Source: Escherichia coli O157:H7 str. 2011EL-2287
GTDB taxonomy: Bacteria; Pseudomonadota; Gammaproteobacteria; Enterobacterales; Enterobacteriaceae
Strand: one strand, 5' to 3'
Length of the DNA stretch: 64,000 bases
NCBI GenBank assembly: GCA_000614405.2
Contig: GCA_000614405.2_3612.1
Position 1 is the stretch's first letter. Each line of letters opens with the position of its first letter. A program made the position numbers and the translations under genes. Below the pieces are notes generated by a model. That model ran no database searches and was not told the origin of the DNA. It saw nothing but the letters and a program-made list of their open reading frames with translations. Shown here in pieces: positions 1 through 9,668 of this stretch.

Positions 1-13
1 GGGAAGTAAATTT

Positions 14-2077
14 ATGGCATCTGCATACAACCGTTTCGGTGAGCCAAACCCGAAAGCAACTAAGTATAAAAGTGGGGGAAGTGTGAAACGAGACTATCGT
101 GATGAAAAAGAAGTTGAAACTGTAGAGACTGTTTTAGAAAATACTAAAATTGTCCCTGTCCCACAACAAAATATCGGTCTGATGGCTGCACAATATTTTG
201 GTGTGCGATCAGCATTGTCCCAAGAAGACGGTGTGACAGTCACTGCAACATATTTCCCATATTACGACCGCTACGGAAATCTGTCTGGTTTCAAAAAGCG
301 TGACTGGACTATTCCTAAAGAGCAAAGGGGCCATTTCTCCGTTGTTGGCATCGTAAAGGCCAACTCCCAGATGTTTGGTCAAAAGCTGTGTGCATCTTCC
401 AACAACCGTAAGCAGATTAACGTTTGTGAGGGAGAAGGTGATGTTATTGCAGCATGGCAGGCTGCATATCAGATACAAGTAAAAGGGATTCTCACCAACG
501 CTAAAGCCCCGGCAAAGGTGAAGCAGTGGGCTAAAGAGGTCCAGGACGGGATCGACGCAGTTATCAACGGTGGTGATCTGGCAGGAAAACCCTGCCTGCC
601 TTTTGTTGGAATTAACTGTGGATGTGCAAACGCAGTAGATACTTTTGCAAACAATGAGAAGTTTATCCGTAGCTATGGAACAGTTGTGCTGGCAATGGAT
701 AACGATGCAGCTAACGAGGTAGAGAAGCAAAAACACGTCATTAAAGGTGTTGAGGCCACGCACAATATCGCAGCATTTTTGATGGCTGATAACGTTTACC
801 ACGTAGAATACCCTGGTGAAGTAAATGACCCTGACGGTGTAAAAGATATCCGAGACATGCTGAAGGCTAAAAAGCTGGAAGATATTGTCAACATGTTCCG
901 GCACCCTGTTAAATATGTGCCTGATGCTGTGTCGGATTTAGAAGACTTCTCTATCGAGTCTTTGCGGAAAAAGACTTCCAACGGGGTAGATATCAGTGCA
1001 GAGTTCCCAAAACTGCAAAAAATGCTAAAAGGCTTGCACAAAGGGACACTCGTAATGCTTACAGGTCCATCAGGCGGCGGTAAAACAACCGTGGCTAAAA
1101 AACTGGAACACTGTATTGCAAGATACCTAATGGACCCGACATGCCCGAAGGCCGATGACTATGAAGAGGATGATCGTCTATGCATGATCCATCTTGAGGA
1201 GGATCCAGAGGAAGCAATTAACTCCTTGTATGCAAACCAGTTAGGGTTTGATGTTAAAGAGTTTGTTGAAGATCCTAGCCAGTTTTTAACTGATCAAGAA
1301 CATGCAGAGATTCACCAATCATGGGCAAAAGCTGGAAAAATCAAAGTGTTCAAACATTTCGGGTCTATTCCAGTGGACGAGTTGATTACCAAGCTTAAGC
1401 AAATGGTCTGCCTATACCATTGTCGCTATATTGTGCTGGATCACCTGTCTATGGTAATTTCAGGGCTTAATGTTAAAGATGAGCGAAAAGAACTGGACAT
1501 GGCTATGACTCAGCTGGCTGCGTTTTGTAAGCAGTTTAACGTGTTTATCTTGGTGATCGCTCACCTCAAACGTACAGAGATTGTGCCTCCTAAGGACAAG
1601 GATGGTAACCCATTACCTTTCTGGTATCCTGTGCGAAAAGAGAATTTGCGAGGATCGGCTGGGCTTGAACAGTTGAGTTGGGTAGTCATAGGTGTCGAGG
1701 CCGAAGAAATGGTGGATCGTTCTCGTGGGCGTGTCCGTCTGGTAGGTCTTAAAAACCGTCCAGCAAAAACTTTAGGTATTGCTGACACTTTAGTTATGGA
1801 CCCACATACAGGTAAGTTCCATGATGCCAGTAATTGGTACTGGGACAAAGAAATGCAGATGTTTACAGACGGAGAAGGTGGGGAGATTGTTTGGAGACCT
1901 CAGGCCATGTTTGAGGACCAAGAGCATGCAGTTGTAGAAACACCTATGGGCAAGGTTGTAGCCGATAAGGTTGTAACTCCTACTATTAAGCCTGTTGACA
2001 CGCAGGAAGACCTCCAGTACGATGATCCATCCTCTGATCCGGTCCCCGGTTTTGAGGATGATGAAACACCTTTTTAA
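14..2077 (+). CDS. DNA primase-helicase (TOPRIM primase domain fused to DnaB/T7 gp4-like helicase); frame is open to the window edge so the N-terminus may lie upstream
   Basis: 687-aa ORF; primase motifs NVCEGEGD and VLAMDNDAAN; Walker A GPSGGGKTT; acidic C-terminal tail ending EDDETPF; GGAAG SD before ATG at 14. Confidence 0.85.
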   Translation: MASAYNRFGEPNPKATKYKSGGSVKRDYRDEKEVETVETVLENTKIVPVPQQNIGLMAAQYFGVRSALSQEDGVTVTATYFPYYDRYGNLSGFKKRDWTIPKEQRGHFSVVGIVKANSQMFGQKLCASSNNRKQINVCEGEGDVIAAWQAAYQIQVKGILTNAKAPAKVKQWAKEVQDGIDAVINGGDLAGKPCLPFVGINCGCANAVDTFANNEKFIRSYGTVVLAMDNDAANEVEKQKHVIKGVEATHNIAAFLMADNVYHVEYPGEVNDPDGVKDIRDMLKAKKLEDIVNMFRHPVKYVPDAVSDLEDFSIESLRKKTSNGVDISAEFPKLQKMLKGLHKGTLVMLTGPSGGGKTTVAKKLEHCIARYLMDPTCPKADDYEEDDRLCMIHLEEDPEEAINSLYANQLGFDVKEFVEDPSQFLTDQEHAEIHQSWAKAGKIKVFKHFGSIPVDELITKLKQMVCLYHCRYIVLDHLSMVISGLNVKDERKELDMAMTQLAAFCKQFNVFILVIAHLKRTEIVPPKDKDGNPLPFWYPVRKENLRGSAGLEQLSWVVIGVEAEEMVDRSRGRVRLVGLKNRPAKTLGIADTLVMDPHTGKFHDASNWYWDKEMQMFTDGEGGEIVWRPQAMFEDQEHAVVETPMGKVVADKVVTPTIKPVDTQEDLQYDDPSSDPVPGFEDDETPF

Positions 2078-2135
2078 TGTTTAACAAAGAGTGGGAGGGG
2101 TAGTACAACCGCCTCCCCTTTAAGGAGAACTGTAT

Positions 2136-4565
2136 ATGAGCATGTGGTCGTTCGACTTTGAGTCATCCGGTTTGCTGGAAGACCCAGATCTTTATTATCA
2201 CTGCGGCCTGTTTAAAGAGCTGAATAAGAACCGTTTTATGCTGTTCCTTCCTCTAAATGACCGCACACACTACTCCGAGGAGGATATAGAAAAGGCTAAG
2301 AACTTCATTCTGGCAAAGAAAACTCTTTATAAAGATTTTGAAGTTCGCATAGCAGATTTTTCAGAGTTGGAAGGTTGGCTTACAGGAAATTCTGACTGGT
2401 CACCAACAGCTTTGAACTGCCATAACTGCTACAGTTATGACTTTATGCTGATGGAAAGATTATCTGGTATTCATTTTGATATGTTCCGTGATCCTAAATG
2501 TATGGGGACTATCAACGATCACCAGGTTAACCTGTTTGATACGTTGGCGATGAGCCGAATCTTGTGGCCTGATCGCCCTTTACCAAAAGGTTGTCCGGAC
2601 TCTGTATTCAACCCGGTTACTAAGAAAATGCAGCCTGTTGGTCCTCACGGCCTTATGGCATGGGGCTACGCCCTTGGTAACCAGAAAGTTCAAATTGATG
2701 ACTGGCGCGATCTTCCGTTATGGAAGTATGTGGATCGTGTATTTGAGGACGTTATCATCCAGGAGCTGCTCTGGAAAGAGCTGGTAGCGGAATCAAAAGG
2801 TGTATTCTACGGCAAATCTGACATGCAGAACTTTATGTACGATCCTGCCAAAGAGAAGCCGAAAGGGTTCAAGAAGATCACCTGGAAGAACGCATTACGT
2901 CGAGGCATGTTGCAGCACTTCCTGATGGAGCTGCAGGCCCGTCAGGGTGTATACTTCGACATAGATGGAGCTATTGCTTTACGTGACCGTTGCGATGCGT
3001 GGATGAAAGAAATCGCTGATCGTGTTGAACCACAACTGCCTTTAAAAGAGCTGTTAATGTCTCAGCGGCCCAAGTTCCCTGAAAAGCCGTTTAACCAAGA
3101 TGGGACAATCTCTAATAATGGTTGGAAATGGTTAAAAGATAAGCTTGGCTATCCTGTGGACATGAGTGCTTTAGAGTTCAAAGCCCCACCTAAGCGAGCA
3201 TTTACCTCTACAGGAGATGTCAGTAAGATGGGGATAAAATGGTGTGAAGAGATGGGCTGCAAAGACCACGATAAGATGGCTGATTTCTTGAGAGGCTATA
3301 TTAAGGGCACCTCCACACCACAACCTTTACCTAAAGAGCTGATGGATCAGGCAATAAGCGATCTGCAGCAGAAGCGAATGCCTGACTGCAAGATACCTAT
3401 GAAAATCAGCAATCAGGACGATATTAAGCGATACCTGATCAGTGCTGGTTGGCTTCCGACAATGTGGAGAACTAAGGATGTAACTAAAGACAGCAAGAAG
3501 AAAGCTTTACCTGATGCAGATGTTGATGCACGAGTATATGCATATATGGACGAGCTTTTGGAGTCAGAGTATTGTGACCTAATTATCAACTTCTGGAACA
3601 AAACTGATGCTAAGTTCCAGACAACCGTGCACAAGTTCCGAAGCTTTCCTAACTCCGAAAGGATTAAAAAGGAAGTATTCGGGAAAATACGTAGAAAAGC
3701 TAGGGCACTTATTACTTCTCCGCAACTGAAAGATACGTTTGGACACCTGTGTCCGAATCTTGAAAAATTGAACGGAGAGATGGCTAAAGATATCGTCTTA
3801 TGGTTATCATTGCGAAACCGCAGATCGGTCCTTGATCCACTCAAGGAGGATAAGGTTGACACTGGTCTTCTTAATCACCCACGCTTGAAGATTGACCATA
3901 AGCTTCCTGCTAAAAGTTCTGGGCTAACAAACACTTCCAGACAGAAACACAGTATTTGTGCAAACATGCCTAAACCATCTCCTAAAGTGGTTATGGGTAA
4001 AGAGATGCGTAGTCTATGGGGTGTTCCTCCGGGATACTTTGAGATCGGTATTGACGGGTCCAACTTAGAGCAGCTTATCGGAGCTTGGGGTGCCTTTGAG
4101 TTCGACAACGGCTTGTATTATGATGTTGTAAGTAACGGGGACGCACACCAAAACAATGCTGAGGCATATACAAAAGTAGCAGGTAGAGAGGTGTCTCGTA
4201 ACGACGGTAAACCTATCACGTATGGGGTTATGTACGGGGCACAAAAAGATAAAGTTGCAGACATGCTGGATATCTCTCCAGAGTTGGGACAAAGGGTAAT
4301 CGATGCACTCTGGGATGCCAACCCTGGTCTTAAGGGGCGCAAAGAGGATCTGGAGAAATTCTGGGAAGCAACAGGTAAGAAGTTTATCTACTCTTTTGAT
4401 GGTCATGCTATCTGGACCCGATCTAAACACTCTTTACTTAATGCATACCAACAGAATGGTGGTGCATCGCTGTGTGACTTAGTTGGGATACTCATGCACC
4501 ACCAAATGGTGAAGCGTGGGTGGTACGATGAAGGTGTTCGTCGTATTATTTATTACCATAAATAA
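2136..4565 (+). CDS. DNA polymerase, family A, exon 1 (3'-5' exonuclease domain plus polymerase motifs A and B); ORF as read stops 2 codons into an intron, true exon end about 4559
   Basis: Exo I FDFESSG; motif A IGIDGSNLEQL; motif B RNDGKPITYGVMYG; ends ...RRIIYYH exactly at the His of motif C (HDE); SD AAGGAG upstream. Confidence 0.88.
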   Translation: MSMWSFDFESSGLLEDPDLYYHCGLFKELNKNRFMLFLPLNDRTHYSEEDIEKAKNFILAKKTLYKDFEVRIADFSELEGWLTGNSDWSPTALNCHNCYSYDFMLMERLSGIHFDMFRDPKCMGTINDHQVNLFDTLAMSRILWPDRPLPKGCPDSVFNPVTKKMQPVGPHGLMAWGYALGNQKVQIDDWRDLPLWKYVDRVFEDVIIQELLWKELVAESKGVFYGKSDMQNFMYDPAKEKPKGFKKITWKNALRRGMLQHFLMELQARQGVYFDIDGAIALRDRCDAWMKEIADRVEPQLPLKELLMSQRPKFPEKPFNQDGTISNNGWKWLKDKLGYPVDMSALEFKAPPKRAFTSTGDVSKMGIKWCEEMGCKDHDKMADFLRGYIKGTSTPQPLPKELMDQAISDLQQKRMPDCKIPMKISNQDDIKRYLISAGWLPTMWRTKDVTKDSKKKALPDADVDARVYAYMDELLESEYCDLIINFWNKTDAKFQTTVHKFRSFPNSERIKKEVFGKIRRKARALITSPQLKDTFGHLCPNLEKLNGEMAKDIVLWLSLRNRRSVLDPLKEDKVDTGLLNHPRLKIDHKLPAKSSGLTNTSRQKHSICANMPKPSPKVVMGKEMRSLWGVPPGYFEIGIDGSNLEQLIGAWGAFEFDNGLYYDVVSNGDAHQNNAEAYTKVAGREVSRNDGKPITYGVMYGAQKDKVADMLDISPELGQRVIDALWDANPGLKGRKEDLEKFWEATGKKFIYSFDGHAIWTRSKHSLLNAYQQNGGASLCDLVGILMHHQMVKRGWYDEGVRRIIYYHK

Positions 4566-4835
4566 CATTGTGGCTTCATAGAGTAATCTATGTCGAATAA
4601 CCTCTTTAACTGCGGGAAGCCTAAACCTTATGGCAAGGTAATCCGCAACGAAGCGCTCAAAAGAGCGAACGCTCAGAGGCCATTCCGAAAGGAAGTAGAC
4701 CAGCAAGTGCGGTCGAAATGGGAGGATTCCTGTGGTTGCTTATCATAGGAATATGAGATGGTCCGATCCTACGTGAAAACGTATGGCTATGCACGTAATG
4801 GTGCGGGGTAGCTTAACGACCTACCTGAACTATTG
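4560..4835 (+). ncRNA. putative group I self-splicing intron (no homing endonuclease ORF) interrupting the DNA polymerase gene
   Basis: 276-nt gap between pol exons; preceded by U, ends in G; contains AACUGCGGGAAG and AAUCCGCAAC resembling group I P/Q core elements; flanking exons restore YYH-DEY (motif C). Confidence 0.6.
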
Positions 4836-5189
4836 GATGAGTACCAACTTCAGGTCCCTGACACACCTAAGTATAAGACTGTGTACACCTTCGACACAAT
4901 TGAAGAACTGGAAGCATTTAAGGCAGAGCAGGAAGCCAAACTTCATGTGTTCGACGGTCATAAGTACAAAAAGGCACGCAAGGATGAAAACGGAAACGAG
5001 GTGGTTGACAGAGACGGAAACACGGTGTACGATCCTATCCTGAACGATGACGGAAAGCTTGAACTTATCTGGAGCCCTGTGGGCGAGATGGTGGTACATT
5101 GCTTCTGGCAAGCTTCTAAAATGATGGGAGTCCCGTTCCAGATCACAGGTGAATACTTGTGTGGTCGTAACTGGGGTGATTGTCACTAA
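4836..5189 (+). CDS. DNA polymerase, family A, exon 2 (motif C Asp-Glu onward to C-terminus)
   Basis: In-frame continuation DEYQL...; C-terminus GRNWGDCH matches Pol I/T7 gp5 GxNW..H terminal motif. Confidence 0.75.
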   Translation, partial: DEYQLQVPDTPKYKTVYTFDTIEELEAFKAEQEAKLHVFDGHKYKKARKDENGNEVVDRDGNTVYDPILNDDGKLELIWSPVGEMVVHCFWQASKMMGVPFQITGEYLCGRNWGDCH

Positions 5190-5238
5190 TGTAAACTATC
5201 AGCACAGGGAGGTGCTGTTGAGCAAAGAGGAGACTTTT

Positions 5239-5523
5239 ATGGTAGTAGAGCCAACAAAAACATTTACATCCATGACCATTCCTGTTATTATGCAGGTGGA
5301 GTGTGTTCAGGTATCTCAAGTGTGGCCTGGCACCAAAATCCCAACAGGGCCTGATTTCTTTCAGGTTGGGAAAGTGTACAATGTCTGGAAGGCACCAGAT
5401 TGTTACCCTTTCATTAAAGATGACCGTGGGATGCTGTGGTATCTTGGAAATGACTTGACACTGCACCTTGGGAATGCTATTATTGCAGTATTCAGACTTA
5501 ACAAGAAGGAGACCGATCAATGA
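5239..5523 (+). CDS. hypothetical protein
   Basis: ORF with SD AAGAGGAG before ATG 5239. Confidence 0.5.
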   Translation: MVVEPTKTFTSMTIPVIMQVECVQVSQVWPGTKIPTGPDFFQVGKVYNVWKAPDCYPFIKDDRGMLWYLGNDLTLHLGNAIIAVFRLNKKETDQ

Positions 5524-5747
5524 CAACTTTGGTTAAAGCTACTTTTGTAGAAGAAAAGATGACAGACCTGTCCTTCTTTAAAGAAGGAAAGACCTACGAG
5601 GTTTATTACGATAAAAATCGTGCAAACAAGATGATTAAAGACGAGGAAGGGATTGCCTGGTTTATCTCCCATCTGGCAAACGGTGAGTATCATATCTACG
5701 GAACCGCCCTGCTTGCCAAGTTTGTAGCTGTTGAAGAGGGCCTATGA
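5520..5747 (+). CDS. hypothetical protein
   Basis: ORF, ATGA overlap with upstream gene. Confidence 0.5.
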   Translation: MTTLVKATFVEEKMTDLSFFKEGKTYEVYYDKNRANKMIKDEEGIAWFISHLANGEYHIYGTALLAKFVAVEEGL

Positions 5748-5938
5748 AAGTAAAGTATCTGGCTGAGGGTATGAGTAGGTATTTCACCCTTGGTGAAGAA
5801 TATTGGCCCTTTACAAGCAACGGCGATGTCTACGTGAAAGATAATTTCGGCACGCCGTGGTTTCTGCACTCTAATGGGTTGGGATATTCCATTTACTGCG
5901 GTGCAGTGAACAACACAACTCTTGCAGAGTTCGTTTAG
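5744..5938 (+). CDS. hypothetical protein
   Basis: ORF, overlapping start/stop with neighbours. Confidence 0.45.
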   Translation: MKVKYLAEGMSRYFTLGEEYWPFTSNGDVYVKDNFGTPWFLHSNGLGYSIYCGAVNNTTLAEFV

Positions 5939-5948
5939 AGGAGGTAGG

Positions 5949-6320
5949 ATGTTAGTAAAAGGTACCCACACAGTCAAACAACGTATCGAAGTTGAGATCG
6001 ATGACTGCGAGCTGAAGCATATTTTACGGTCATGTTCTAACGTTTTGCTACTCAGTATTCTCCAGGAGCGAGCGGAGAACGAGTTCTTAAATGCATTGGC
6101 AGGCCGTCCTGGTGACTTCTGCGTGCGTAAACGTGAAGGTCATAAGTCATGGTTGTGGGAAATCGATGCCGACTGGGATTACCACAAAAATGAGGGTATA
6201 GATGAGCCTATTCGTGAACTGACGGACAAAGAGATTCAGATGTACAATGAAGTTTGTCATTGGGCAACACGCCAACAAATTTACCTCGACCCTGTGTGGC
6301 TGATTGAAAATAGCCATTGA
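5949..6320 (+). CDS. hypothetical protein
   Basis: ORF with SD AGAGGAGG before ATG 5949. Confidence 0.55.
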   Translation: MLVKGTHTVKQRIEVEIDDCELKHILRSCSNVLLLSILQERAENEFLNALAGRPGDFCVRKREGHKSWLWEIDADWDYHKNEGIDEPIRELTDKEIQMYNEVCHWATRQQIYLDPVWLIENSH

Positions 6321-6396
6321 CAAGAAGTAAGATTAGATATAAGATGCTTCACACAAACAGAGCGTTGATTTTTAAATAACTAAGGAGACTGCCAAG

Positions 6397-6651
6397 ATGA
6401 AAATTACTTTGAAGCCAGAATGCGTTGCAAATGACCGAGCTTTTAAAGATTGCACAGTCGGTGCAATTTATGAAGCAGAGTTTTGTGAGAACCCTCTGGT
6501 AAAAGCCCTTCTGGAAGAAGGGGCCCCTTTATCACAAGAAGAGATCGATGAGCTGGAAAACTCAGCACAGTGCCTTACCTTTAAAGATGATGAAGGAGAC
6601 TCTGTCTGGTGCACTGTTAATGAAGTCGTTTTTGTAAAACCTGAACATTAA
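6397..6651 (+). CDS. hypothetical protein (paralog of 6715-6987)
   Basis: ORF with SD AAGGAG; shares KP..FKDCT...KDDEGD..C motif with next gene. Confidence 0.55.
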   Translation: MKITLKPECVANDRAFKDCTVGAIYEAEFCENPLVKALLEEGAPLSQEEIDELENSAQCLTFKDDEGDSVWCTVNEVVFVKPEH

Positions 6652-6714
6652 TACTTGACAACAGCGATAGGACCTAATACAATGGTCCTATCAAAACGAA
6701 AGGGGACCACAACA

Positions 6715-6987
6715 ATGACCAAACAATACCAACGAATTAAAGCCAAGGTTAAGCCAGACTATCTGGAGAAGGACTCTGCTTTTCGGGACTGCACAGCTGA
6801 CAAAGTTTACACAGGGGCCGTCCTGTTGAACGATGAACTTGAAGTAGATATTCTTGGTAAAGAGGCCACTATTAAGGACGACCAAGGCGATTATGTTTGC
6901 TGCACCACACGGGAGCTAGAAATCTTAGAATACTTCGGTGAAATCTTCACCTCTCTTGATGATTACTTAGATGACGAGGAAGCGTAA
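6715..6987 (+). CDS. hypothetical protein (paralog of 6397-6651); start could be 6655
   Basis: ORF; SD-like AAAGGGGA before ATG 6715; paralog motifs. Confidence 0.5.
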   Translation: MTKQYQRIKAKVKPDYLEKDSAFRDCTADKVYTGAVLLNDELEVDILGKEATIKDDQGDYVCCTTRELEILEYFGEIFTSLDDYLDDEEA

Positions 6988-7376
6988 TGAAAAATATTTG
7001 GGATATTGATATCTTTGAAGCCTCTAAGCTTGACGGTGCTGATGGAGTGATTATGGTGTCTGATGGCAAGGCAACACTAACTTCCGGAGATATCATCTAT
7101 GCCTTGGACGAGCTGGCGCTTCTGAAGTCTACCGGTAACACTCTAGAGGAGCGTCTTCAAGGCTTCGCCTTCAAAGAAGGCACAAATACCGCCATGATGT
7201 GCACCACACGGACAGTTCAGGTGGGTAACGGTGTCTATATGATCATTGCTGTGTGTCCTAAATTCAGCAACGTCAACAAAGATGATACTGACGCTGTCAA
7301 CGATGTGGTTGTTCTCTTCGTTGGTGACGCTATGGCAGATCTGATGAATGCAGGAGAGGCAGCAAATGAAGACTGA
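6987..7376 (+). CDS. hypothetical protein
   Basis: ORF, coupled start. Confidence 0.5.
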   Translation: MKNIWDIDIFEASKLDGADGVIMVSDGKATLTSGDIIYALDELALLKSTGNTLEERLQGFAFKEGTNTAMMCTTRTVQVGNGVYMIIAVCPKFSNVNKDDTDAVNDVVVLFVGDAMADLMNAGEAANED

Positions 7377-7668
7377 AAACATCACCCCCGCAGGGTTCTT
7401 AAAAGTATACCGTGAACTGCTATACACTACAGAGGACAGTATTCTAGAGTATCCAGAGTATCTTTTGCTGTATAAGTATCTGCAGGAGGCTGGTGAAAAT
7501 CTGCCAGTTAGTGCAGAAGGTGGTCCGAACTGGATATACAGCGCATGGAGAAAGGTTGACATTCTCCCAGACCCAGGTAAAGATATGGTAGTTTGGCAGC
7601 TTATCAACAACATCGGGATTCCAATCTTTGATGAAGCTGTTAAAATCTATTTTGAACTTGACGATTAA
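7366..7668 (+). CDS. hypothetical protein
   Basis: ORF with SD GGAGAGG before ATG 7366. Confidence 0.5.
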   Translation: MKTENITPAGFLKVYRELLYTTEDSILEYPEYLLLYKYLQEAGENLPVSAEGGPNWIYSAWRKVDILPDPGKDMVVWQLINNIGIPIFDEAVKIYFELDD

Positions 7669-7685
7669 TATCAGGAGACCTTAAG

Positions 7686-7931
7686 ATGGCTGAAGTAGTT
7701 GCTCGCGCAGGACAGAAAGTACGTTGTGTGGAAGTAGGTTTTGGTGGCAAAGGGTGTCAAAACTTGACTCAAGGTAAGGAATACGCTGTTATTTCTGGTG
7801 GTGGCGACGAGAGTATTGTGTTCGAGGGCCACATCCTGGATGCTGAAAACTTTGAAATCTTTGACGACGATGGAGATCCGATCACCTGCCTGCTGGACGG
7901 GAATTGGGGAACTTTCGAAGTGATTGGCTAA
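7686..7931 (+). CDS. hypothetical protein
   Basis: ORF with SD AGGAGA upstream. Confidence 0.5.
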   Translation: MAEVVARAGQKVRCVEVGFGGKGCQNLTQGKEYAVISGGGDESIVFEGHILDAENFEIFDDDGDPITCLLDGNWGTFEVIG

Positions 7932-8014
7932 CAAATACCTATTGTAATTTACAGAAGGGGATGCTAAAATAGTGTCTCCTTCTATGTTGTTCAAATAAAA
8001 TCGGAGATTCCATA

Positions 8015-8380
8015 ATGGAACAAATGAACGATCAAGCGTCGGTTGCGATGAACGAGCAAGAACAACCTCAAGAATTTTTCTTAGGGTTAAGTAAAGATCA
8101 AGTGTCTCTTCTGCTAGTGCTTTCTTCTTTCATGGGAAGACTTCAGGAGCTCACACAACAGCCAGAGGCTGAACAATTATTCCAAGCTTTGCGTGAAGAA
8201 GAAAAATATCGTCGTTTGGACTATGCCTTAGGTTGGGTAGCTCAACAACGGGATATGCTGATGGCCCTCTCTGGGACCACAAGTTTTGCAATGGGCCTGT
8301 TGGCTCAAGTTCAGGACAAATTAATTCAAGCAGGGTTCGCACACACGGCAAGCACTAACGAAGAACAAGGAGACAAATAA
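8015..8380 (+). CDS. hypothetical protein
   Basis: ORF with SD GGAGA upstream. Confidence 0.5.
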   Translation: MEQMNDQASVAMNEQEQPQEFFLGLSKDQVSLLLVLSSFMGRLQELTQQPEAEQLFQALREEEKYRRLDYALGWVAQQRDMLMALSGTTSFAMGLLAQVQDKLIQAGFAHTASTNEEQGDK

Positions 8381-9606
8381 TGAGCGTTATTCAACAATTC
8401 GCTAACCCAATGAATCCGCGTGAAACTGTTTTACTAGCTCACGGCATGATTAAACGTGTTAGCATCAAGCCTATTAAAGGTGCTGATCCTACAACAGGTA
8501 TTAAAACCACTGTGTGGCAAGGTAAGAAAATTGAATCCAGCCACACCATCTCTTTACTGATTTCTGAACTGGATTCCTCTGATAACCTGCTTCAAGGTGG
8601 TGAAGAAGTCTGGATCAGCATGGGTGATAAGCTGCTTAAACCCGGTCATCAAGACTCTGTCTCTGTTAAGATTGATGACAAGTGGGAAACCGTAACGCCA
8701 GGATGGATCGTAAATATCCCTTTGAAGGCAAACGAGCATAACGGTAAGACCTATTACAAGGGCTCACTGGCTAAGATGGTTAAGCTGGGTGCAGGAGAGG
8801 CTCCAGCAGCGACTCAGCAGCAAAAACAGCAACAAGGTGCACAATCACAAGGCCAGAAGCAGAAACCTCAGCAGAATGCCAATCAGGACGTTTTACGCAT
8901 CTATGGTGATGTGACTCAGATTGTTGGCAACGTGGTTACTGTTAATGACCACAAGATTGGCGAAGGTGCTATGGTTGTAACTGATGAGCAGCTTAAAGAC
9001 CTGGTGGTAGGTGGTCGTGTTGCAGCCATTGTTGACAAAGACACCGGAAACATTATCAGTGGTTTCAAGGCCTATCCTCCTAAGGCAGAGAACGGCACTC
9101 AAGGATCTGGTGGCAAGCGTAAATCCTCTTACGACCCTATCGGTGTGGAAACGGGGCATAGCATCAATGCGTTGCAGATCATCCTGGATCGCGGGTTTAA
9201 GGTAGACGACCCACTGGGCGTGGCTAAAACACTGCACGTAGTCACCATTGAGCTTAAGAAAGAGTATGCTCAAGCCACCAACCGAACTGAAGATGAAGTA
9301 GGTGCCAGTGTCGGTAATGCGGTGTTGAACGCTTGTCGCCGTATTGACAAGAAAACGAAAGTTGATGATTTTGCAGCGGCAATTACTGCAGAAGCAAAAG
9401 ATGTCTTGACTAATCTGGCTGAACCGTTGTACGATTGGATCAAGAACGGTGCTGGGTCAACCGACCATCAAGAACCTCAGGCTGCCAAACAGGAAGCAGC
9501 TCCACAGCAAAACACTGTAGACGCTCCTCCTGTAAATGATGCGGAAGATGACCCAATGGATCAGAATCCAGCACAGTACGCCTTTGATGATGACATCCCT
9601 TTTTAA
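8380..9606 (+). CDS. ssb: single-stranded DNA-binding protein (SSB-like) with Gln-rich linker
   Basis: 408-aa ORF ending AFDDDIPF, the hallmark acidic C-terminal tail of bacterial-type SSB. Confidence 0.7.
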   Translation: MSVIQQFANPMNPRETVLLAHGMIKRVSIKPIKGADPTTGIKTTVWQGKKIESSHTISLLISELDSSDNLLQGGEEVWISMGDKLLKPGHQDSVSVKIDDKWETVTPGWIVNIPLKANEHNGKTYYKGSLAKMVKLGAGEAPAATQQQKQQQGAQSQGQKQKPQQNANQDVLRIYGDVTQIVGNVVTVNDHKIGEGAMVVTDEQLKDLVVGGRVAAIVDKDTGNIISGFKAYPPKAENGTQGSGGKRKSSYDPIGVETGHSINALQIILDRGFKVDDPLGVAKTLHVVTIELKKEYAQATNRTEDEVGASVGNAVLNACRRIDKKTKVDDFAAAITAEAKDVLTNLAEPLYDWIKNGAGSTDHQEPQAAKQEAAPQQNTVDAPPVNDAEDDPMDQNPAQYAFDDDIPF

Positions 9607-9668
9607 CAATTAGTTAACATAGCCCTGCCCGAAAGGGTGGGGCATTTTTGTATAAGGAGATCTGAAAA

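Noticed and set aside
209-1848. Minus-strand ORFs (209-904, 469-654, 796-1041, 1561-1848) inside the primase-helicase gene
   Set aside because: Antisense to a long ORF with clear primase and helicase motifs; low-complexity translations; typical shadow ORFs.
4783-5186. ORFs 4783-5043 (+) and 4830-5186 (-) overlapping the polymerase intron/exon 2 region
   Set aside because: Both overlap the reconstructed polymerase exon 2 or lie in the intron; no SD; the in-frame exon 2 with conserved polymerase C-terminal motif explains the region.
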